Part shown: positions 58,284 through 64,000 of the stretch, piece after piece
Numbering within the stretch: position 1 is the stretch's first letter
Layout: the number at the start of each line of letters is the position of its first letter
DNA from: Eledone cirrhosa
Taxonomy: Eukaryota
Direction: 5' to 3'
Assembly (NCBI GenBank): GCA_964016885.1
Contig: OZ024741.1
Span: forward strand, 51,460,001-51,524,000
Length of the DNA: 64,000 nt
The notes under the pieces: model-generated
What the model was told of the DNA's origin: nothing
Seen by the model: the letters and a program-made list of their open reading frames with translations, nothing else
Databases searched by the model: none
Position numbers and translations under genes: made by a program

Positions 58284-59506
58284 TGTGGTCCCTAAGGAAG
58301 CTAGGTGTTGAGGAATGGCTTGTGAGGACAGTGCAAACTTTGTACAGAGGTACTCTCAGTAAAGTCAGGGTAGGAATGGAGTTTAGTGAGGAATTCCAGA
58401 TACAAGTAGGAGTACATCAGGGTTCGGTCCTCAGCCCGCTCTTGTTCATTATAGTCCTCCAAGCCATAACAGAGGAGTTTAAGACTGGCTGTCCATGGGA
58501 ACTTCTCTATGCTGACGATCTGGCTCTTATAGCAGAATCAGTAGAGGAGCTAGAGAATAAATTCCGGCTATGGAAACAGCAGTTGGAAGCAGCAAGAGGA
58601 CTGAGAGTAAATCTAGCTAAGACGAAAGTGTTGATGAGTAGAAAAGAGGACAAAACCCTGATTCCGTCAGGGAAATGGCCATGTTCGATATGCAGAAAAG
58701 GAACTGGCATAAATTCTATAAAATGCACACAATGCAGGTCCTGGGTACACAAGAGATGTAGCGGGATAGCAGGCAAACTAACAGGTAGGGAGAAATATGT
58801 ATGCAGTAGATGTACAGGGAAATTAGACAGTAGAAGTCGCACTGATAGACACATTTTTCAAATGCGAGAGGGTGCTATAGAAGTGGTGGATAGCTTCCGG
58901 TACCTAGGAGATCAGATTAGCATGGGAGGAGGATGTTCCGAGGCCATAGTATCTAGAATAAGGACGGGTTGGAAGAAGTTTAGGGAGCTGCTTCCTCTGT
59001 TGACGAAGAAGGGTTTCTCCCTGCGTACGAAAGGCCGGTTGTATGATGCCTGTGTGAGGAGCGCGATGCTGCATGGTAGTGAGACATGGGCAGCAACCGC
59101 AGAGGATATGCGACGGCTGGAGAGAAATGAGGCAAGCATGCTCCGTTGGATGTGCAGTGTAAATGTGCGTGAACGACCCAGCATAAATGTGTTGAGAGAG
59201 AAACTGTGTCTGAGAGGGATAGAATGTAGTGTACGGGAGAGGAGACTGAGGTGGTATGGACATGTGATGCGCATGGAGGATGACCGATGGGTGAAGAAGT
59301 GCCAGGAAATGCCAGTTGAAGGAAGACGTGGTAGAGGTAGACCACGAAAAACATGGGCGGAGGTGGTGAGAACAGACCTCAGATCATTGAAGCTCACGGT
59401 GGAGATGATGAAGGACCGTGATGAGTGGAGAGATACTGTGCTGAATAAGACCCGTCCCACCCTTGAAAGCAGGGAAAAGCGGACGTAAAATGATGATGAT
59501 GATGAT
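58284..59506 (+). mobile_element. 5'-truncated RTE-like LINE with an uninterrupted RT C-terminal half, a PHD-type finger and a (GAT)n tail
   Basis: GVHQGSVLSPLLF, YADD, FRYLG, GSETW, RLRWYGHV and RGRPRKTW; stop at 59486-59488 directly followed by the tail. The ORF-track N-terminus (58070-58283) is satellite read-through. Confidence 0.95.
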
Positions 59507-59581
59507 GTGTGGTTCACTGTTATATATATATATATATGTGTGGTTCACTGTTATATATATATATATATATGTGGTTCACTG

Positions 59582-59628
<47 letters not shown>

Positions 59629-59705
59629 GTGTGGTTCACTGTTGTATATATATATATATGTGTGTGTTTTGTTCCCTGTTATATATATATATGTGTGGTT
59701 CACTG

Positions 59706-59762
<57 letters not shown>

Positions 59763-60509
59763 GTTCACTGTTATATATATATATATATATGTGGTTCACT
59801 GTTATATATATATATATATATGTGGTTCACTGTTATGTATAAATATGTGTGTGGTTCACTGTTATATATATATGCGTGTGGTTCACTGTTATATATATAT
59901 ATATGTGTGTGGTTCACTGTTATATATATATGTGTGTGTGGTTAACTGTTATATATATATGTGTGTGTGGTTCACTGTTATATATGTGTGGTTCACTGTT
60001 ATATATATATGTGTGGTTCACTGTTATATATATATATATATATATGTGTCGTTCACTGTTATATATATATATGTGTGTGTGGTTCACTGTTATATATATA
60101 TATGTGTGTGTGGTTCACTGTTATATATATATATGTGTGTGTGTGTGGTTCACTGTTATATATATATATATGTGTGGTTTACTGTTATATATATACTAGC
60201 AGTTTAGCCCGGTGTTGCTCGGGTTTGTTCATTTGCTATGAAAAGTTACATACAGGTAAACGTGGTTTTAAAGCGAATAAGCTTATCAATTAAGTACATA
60301 AAGCAGTTGAACCGGTTATTAAAAGTTACGAACCAATTAGCATTTTGGTCAATCAATGATGGGTTAATAATCCTCCAATAGCGAATTTAGTAGACCAAAG
60401 TTGCAAGATGGTGGCCCTGATGCCGCTGGGTGTCAGATCTGTCCGCCATGGGATACCCTACCAGGAAATAGTGTTCCAGACGGCATAGCTCCAACACCTG
60501 CACCAACAT

Positions 60510-62533
60510 CTATAGCACCTCTTTGTAGACGATATTGCGTGTCATCCCTTGAGGAGAGTAAGCAAAAAGTCCATTCCTGCTCCCTGCGCGGGAACAGGCA
60601 ACATAAAGTTGGCCATGGGAGAAGCATGACTCCTCCAAATGGATGCCCGCCACCGACAATGTTTGCCCTTGTGACTTGTTAATGGACATGGCAAAACATG
60701 GTCTCACCGGGAATTGGGATCGTCGGAAATCGAACGGGATATCTGACGCCGAGGGGGAAAGGTTCATCCTTGGAATGAAAACATTCTCCCCTCTTCCGCA
60801 CCCCGTTACAATGGTGGCCTCAATCAAGTGGGTGTCAGTGACTTGATGACCATGCGAGTACCGTTGCACTGCTTTGGTGGACGCAAGTTCCTTATTAGCA
60901 TAATGGGACAGCCAACCCTAAGCTTAATAATGTGAGGTGGGAGCCCTGGGGGCTCAAGGAGATTTAATAACTCAACCGAATAATTAACGATATCATCGAG
61001 GTCTGATTTGAAGATGTGCTCTTTACCGGGAATCTTCTCAATCAGCTGCTCGTTAATAAAATTAACCATGGTATTTTTCGGAGCAAGGATGGCTCTTTCG
61101 CTGAGCCGATCGAGGTTTTTAAAGTTAGATGAGACATTAGGAAAAACTGCTTCCCAAAGGTCAGAAGGGCTGCTCACAATGTTGCACAGGGTGTCGATTG
61201 CTATGCCGCCCTTGTCATCCGCAGGGATCTTGCCCTCACCAAGTGCTAAAATGTTCTGTGCTGCAGACATGTTGTCACCATGCAAATGAGCACGCATATT
61301 TGTGCTCAGGTACAAACTATTCACCTGGAGCCACAACATGGACGACTTAAGACAGGCACGCACTTCATCAGCTCTTGTCCATTTGGGGATGACAGGCAGC
61401 GTTTTCCGAAAATCCCCTGATAGCAGAAGGGTTACGCCACTCATAGGAGCCGTAGAATCCCTAATGTCTTTCCGGGCCCTGTCCAATGCCTCAAGGGCAC
61501 CCTTGTGTGCCATTCTGCACTCATCCCAAACAATGAGGCAACATCTTTTGAGAACCAGAGCTTTGTGTGAACTCTTGCTGATATTGCATGTTGGTGTCTC
61601 AGTTTTTACTAAATCCAAAGAGAGTTTAAAGGTTGAATGTGCTGTCCTGCCTCCCGGCAGCAAAGTAGCAGCAATCCCGGATGATGCAACGGACAACGCA
61701 ACTTTTTTCTCCTGACGAATCTTAGCGAGAATCAAATTCGCTACAAAAGTTTTTCCGGTACCCCAGGAGCGTTTTTTATTGGGGGAATCCGGGGTTTTTT
61801 TTTTTGACCTTGAGGTATAACCAGTCAGTAGTTCCTTCAAAGGCTCTGGCGGTTCCGGAAGAGGGTGCAAGGTGACGTTACTGTTTAAGCAGCACATTGC
61901 AGGTGGCTCCCCAGCCCACTTTGTAGCATTGCAGAATTGGCAATTGAAGCGCATCTCGCCTATATTTATGTCAGAGTGCATCGAGTAATTAACGTTTTGC
62001 TCATACTTGAAAGCCCGTAGGTGCCAGTAAGGGCTGTTGGGGCTCGTCACACCGCGTACAGCTTCTCGCCGTCGACTGTTACGCTTGAACGTAGAACATT
62101 GGTCGTGTGGTTGGTGGGAAGGTCTGGCAGCAATAGCAGAAGCAACATTTGCAATGCTAATGGACCGCCCGTCTGCAACTTCAGAAGCCATGGAAGTAGT
62201 CATAGCCGCAGCGTCCGTAGGAAGGCGAGCCATCCGTTGTTTTAAACGTTCCAAAGACCTGGAAGCAGCATTAGTCGCAGCGTTTCTAGCCAGGCGCTTC
62301 GACCTGTGTTCACGGCTCTCTGAAGCCCTGGAAGAAGCCTGGTATGAAGCTATTTTGGCTAGGCGTGCGGTGCGCTGTTGGAAACTTTCAGCGGCTCGAC
62401 ATTCTGCTGAACGTAAGGCTGTCTTTGAAAGTTTTGTAGCATTTTCCTCAGAGGACTCGTTTGCTATAGTAGCCTTTTGCGCCACTGCTGATGCGGTATG
62501 TCGACTGAGGCGACTTCTCTTTTTAGGTGGCAT
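60510..62533 (-). pseudogene. Internally deleted Helitron RepHel ORF (569 aa plus frameshifted helicase C-terminus)
   Basis: ORF 62533-60824 continues in another frame (ORF 60869-60510) to TRNIVYKEVL. Confidence 0.85.
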
Positions 62534-62667
62534 TTTATGTCCAAAAGAAAGGGTGAAAGTTACTTCTACAGAAAAATTGACTTTGAAAGTCTACTGTCTG
62601 TTTATGAATATTGTTATTGTTGTTGTGATACAAATGTTAGTAAGTAAATGGGTATCGAAAAATAAAG

Positions 62668-63382
62668 GGTGAAAGTTACTTCAACATAAAAATTGACTTT
62701 GAAAGTATAAGGCTGATAATTGAATGTAAAAAGATTGATAAGAAAGCCCCCCCCCCCTCCAAAAAAAAATGTACAGGTATTTGTATGTATGTGTGTATTT
62801 TTATGTCGAAAAGAAAGGGTTAAAGTTACTTCTACAGAAAAATATAGTTTGAAAGTGTAAGGCCGATGTGTGTGTAAATTAAGTGACAGGTATTTGTCTG
62901 TATGTATGTATGTATGTATGTATTAAAGGTTGAAAGTTACTTCAACATAAAAATTGACTTTGAAAGTATAAGGCTGATAATTGAATGTAAAAAGATTGAT
63001 AAGAAAGGCCCCCCCCAAAAAAAAATGTACAGGTATTTGTATGTATGTGTGTATTTTTATGTCGAAAAGAAAGGGTTAAAGTTACTTCTACAGAAAAATA
63101 TAGTTTGAAAGTGTAAGGCCGATGTGTGTGTAAATTAAGTGACAGGTATTTGTATGTATGTATGTATGTATGTATGTATGTATTAAAGGTTGAAAGTTAC
63201 TTCAACATAAAAATTGACTTTGAAAGTATAAGGCTGATAATTGAATGTAAAAAGATTGATAAGAAAGGCCCCCCCAAAAAATGTACAGGTATTTGTATGT
63301 ATGTATGTGTGTATTTTTATGTCGAAAATAAAGGGTTAAAGTTACTTATACAGAAAAATTTAGTTTGAAAGTGTCAGGCCGA
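62668..63382. repeat. ~260-bp tandem repeat (~2.7 copies) in the Helitron 5' region
   Basis: GAAAGTTACTTCAACATAAAAATTGAC at 62671, 62932 and 63192. Confidence 0.92.
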
Positions 63383-63947
63383 TCTCTTTATCATTATGTG
63401 CTATTGTTCTTTCTAAAACAAACTGTGTATGCGTTGATTGATTGAAATTCCCGCGTTCCTGTTTCTATGACGTCAATCGTAACCATACCAACATATATGT
63501 GTGTGTATGCACCCACATATATATGTGTATATGTTTTTTTTTCAATGTTTCTCTTTTTCACAAACACTTATAAGAGAAGGTAGCAATTTTAAGGGGAGGT
63601 GATGAATGGGAGTAGATATAGGAAACGTATATCATATGAGAGAGGTGAAATCATCGATTGTTGAAATAAATAGATTTTTCCGTAATTGTGGCATTTTTTA
63701 GCCAATGAGATCGCCCATGACCCAAGTTAGAATATTTGTAAACATTCTGCTTAATTATTCATTCAATATTTTTGGAATTGTGTAAATGTATAAAATTGAA
63801 ACATACATACAGACATAAAAATCTGCCTTTTATAGATAATGATATGTGTGGTTCACTGTTATATATATATATATGTGTGGTTCACTGTTATATATATATG
63901 TGTGTGTGGTTTACTGTTATATATATATATATATATGCGGTTCACTG

Positions 63948-63982
<35 letters not shown>

Positions 63983-64000
63983 TCACTGTTATATATATAT

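Larger units (their letters stand above)
60196..63842 (-). mobile_element. Helitron deletion derivative retaining the N-terminus, zinc finger and PIF1-like helicase but lacking Rep
   Basis: A|CTAG plus hairpin CCCGGTGTTGCTCGGG; right end TTTTATAGATAATGA|T. Helicase motifs GTGKT, VASSGIAATLL.GGRTAHS.F, WDE, GDF, CNGTR, NKSQGQT and GQLYVA.SR. Confidence 0.93.
45643..64000. repeat. Compound satellite GT(G/C)GTTCACTGT-(TA)n-(TG)m, variable unit ~22-60 bp, interrupted by many mobile elements and continuing past the window end
   Basis: Blocks at 46188-46823, 47709-48883, 49336-49597, 49843-51573, 51765-52035, 52224-53225, 58041-58283, 59507-60195 and 63843-64000. Confidence 0.97.

Noticed and set aside
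46110-60293. Many YIYI/VVHCY ORFs
   Set aside because: They are translations of the (TA)n-containing satellite.
60510-62533. Host PIF1 helicase gene
   Set aside because: It is intronless, enclosed by Helitron TC/CTAG termini with a hairpin, and has a Helitron-type N-terminus.
46188-64000. CACTGT core resembling the RAG/Transib recombination-signal heptamer CACTGTG
   Set aside because: The core is CACTGTT, with no nonamer, no fixed spacer and no transposase in the window.

Overview
Repeat-rich animal genomic DNA, probably octopus/cephalopod, judged from SINE and RTE-LINE signature sequences recognised from memory and not database-checked. The only host gene is a + strand USP40-type deubiquitinase. 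Eight GT-AG exons (767 coding nt, 28700-45642) splice in frame into the middle of the USP catalytic domain; the Cys-box exon and the downstream exons lie outside the window. Almost everything else is intronic. Tandem arrays: a >=28.6 kb 22-bp satellite with higher-order duplications and a 25-bp hairpin-repeat insert, 50-bp and 26-bp minisatellites, and a >=18 kb GTGGTTCACTGT(TA)n(TG)m satellite that starts inside a splice donor. Mobile elements: a decayed Gypsy LTR element, several RTE-like LINE fragments (one with a PHD-type finger), SINEs, four co-oriented Helitrons (one a Rep-deleted helicase fusion), and a Penelope-like element with ~700-bp inverted terminal repeats that each carry a hammerhead ribozyme. 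The very long ORFs in the track are satellite artefacts. I found no clear-cut novel multi-gene system. The best leads are the splice-site-anchored, intron-private satellites and the ribozyme-bearing inverted Penelope-like element lying inside the host pre-mRNA.
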